24,251 nt of DNA from Rhynchopus sp. YZ270_cl-10 (taxonomy: Eukaryota). The notes under the pieces were generated by a model, which searched no databases, was not told the origin of the DNA, and saw nothing but the letters and a program-made list of their open reading frames with translations. Shown here one piece after another: positions 23,801-24,251 of the stretch (position 1 is its first letter; every line of letters starts with the position of its first letter). The stretch lies in contig OZ037841.1 in assembly GCA_964035575.1 (NCBI GenBank), forward strand, positions 1,860,001 through 1,884,251, read 5' to 3'. The translations under genes and the position numbers were made by a program.

Positions 23801-24251
23801 CGCAAACCCGCAAACCCGCAAACCCGCAAACCCGCAAACCCGCAAACCCGCAAACCCGCAAACCCGCAAACCCGCAAACCCGCAAACCCGCAAAACCCGC
23901 AAACCCGCAAACCCGCAAACCCGCAAACCCGCAAACCCGCAAACCCGCAAACCGCAAACCCGCAAACCCGCAAACCCGCAAACCGCAAACCCGCAAACCC
24001 GCAACCCGCAAACCCGCAACCCAACCCGCAAACCCGCAAACCCGCAAACCCAACCCGCAACCCGCAAACCCGCAAACCCGCAAACCCGCAAACCCTAAAC
24101 CCGCAAACCCGCAACCCGCAAACCCGCAAACCCGCAAAACCCGCAAACCCGCAAACCCGCAAACCCGCAAACCCGCAAACCCGCAAACCCGCAAACCCGT
24201 AAACCCGCAAACCCGCAAACCCGCAAACCCGCAAACGCCGCAAACCCGCAA
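14813..24251. repeat. (AAACCCGC)n/(TTTGCGGG)n array block 4, about 1180 units, running to the window end; telomere-like or simple satellite
   Basis: Appears invariant from 14813 to about 23890, then carries scattered indels. Confidence 0.99.

Noticed and set aside
14719..24251. ORFs of more than 3000 aa (GLRVCGFA repeats), and similar ORFs at 4956-5838 and 10887-11463
   Set aside because: The octamer lacks stops in all six frames and gives the same peptide in each frame of a strand; these are artefacts.
23890..24251. Variant units at the extreme end, including one AAACCCT (plant-type telomere unit) at 24091
   Set aside because: Scattered homopolymer indels at the end of the sequence are best explained by low-coverage consensus error; a single unit is not evidence of a second telomere motif.

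Overview
Repeat-dominated eukaryotic-type DNA: two contigs joined by a 200-N gap (3401-3600), with no intact gene. Left contig (1-3400): two related octamer arrays, (AGGTACAC)n and (AGGTACCC)n, several perfect fold-back palindromes and diverged fragments of a 349-bp satellite. Right contig: a frameshifted N-terminal fragment of a Helitron Rep/helicase ORF (3601-5031), cut off by an (AAACCCGC)n/(TTTGCGGG)n array that runs to the window end (last block about 9.4 kb). The array is interrupted by two copies of a 3.8/3.5-kb non-coding element (minus-strand termini 5'-TC...CTAG-3', internal 349-bp satellite) and by a 1.38-kb nested 22-bp/218-240-bp repeat block. All three interruptions can be removed at the same octamer position (GCA^AAC), restoring a perfect array with no target-site duplication. 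This suggests array-targeted, possibly rolling-circle, insertion. The array is telomere-like, but its polarity at the window end is opposite to a telomerase-made telomere.
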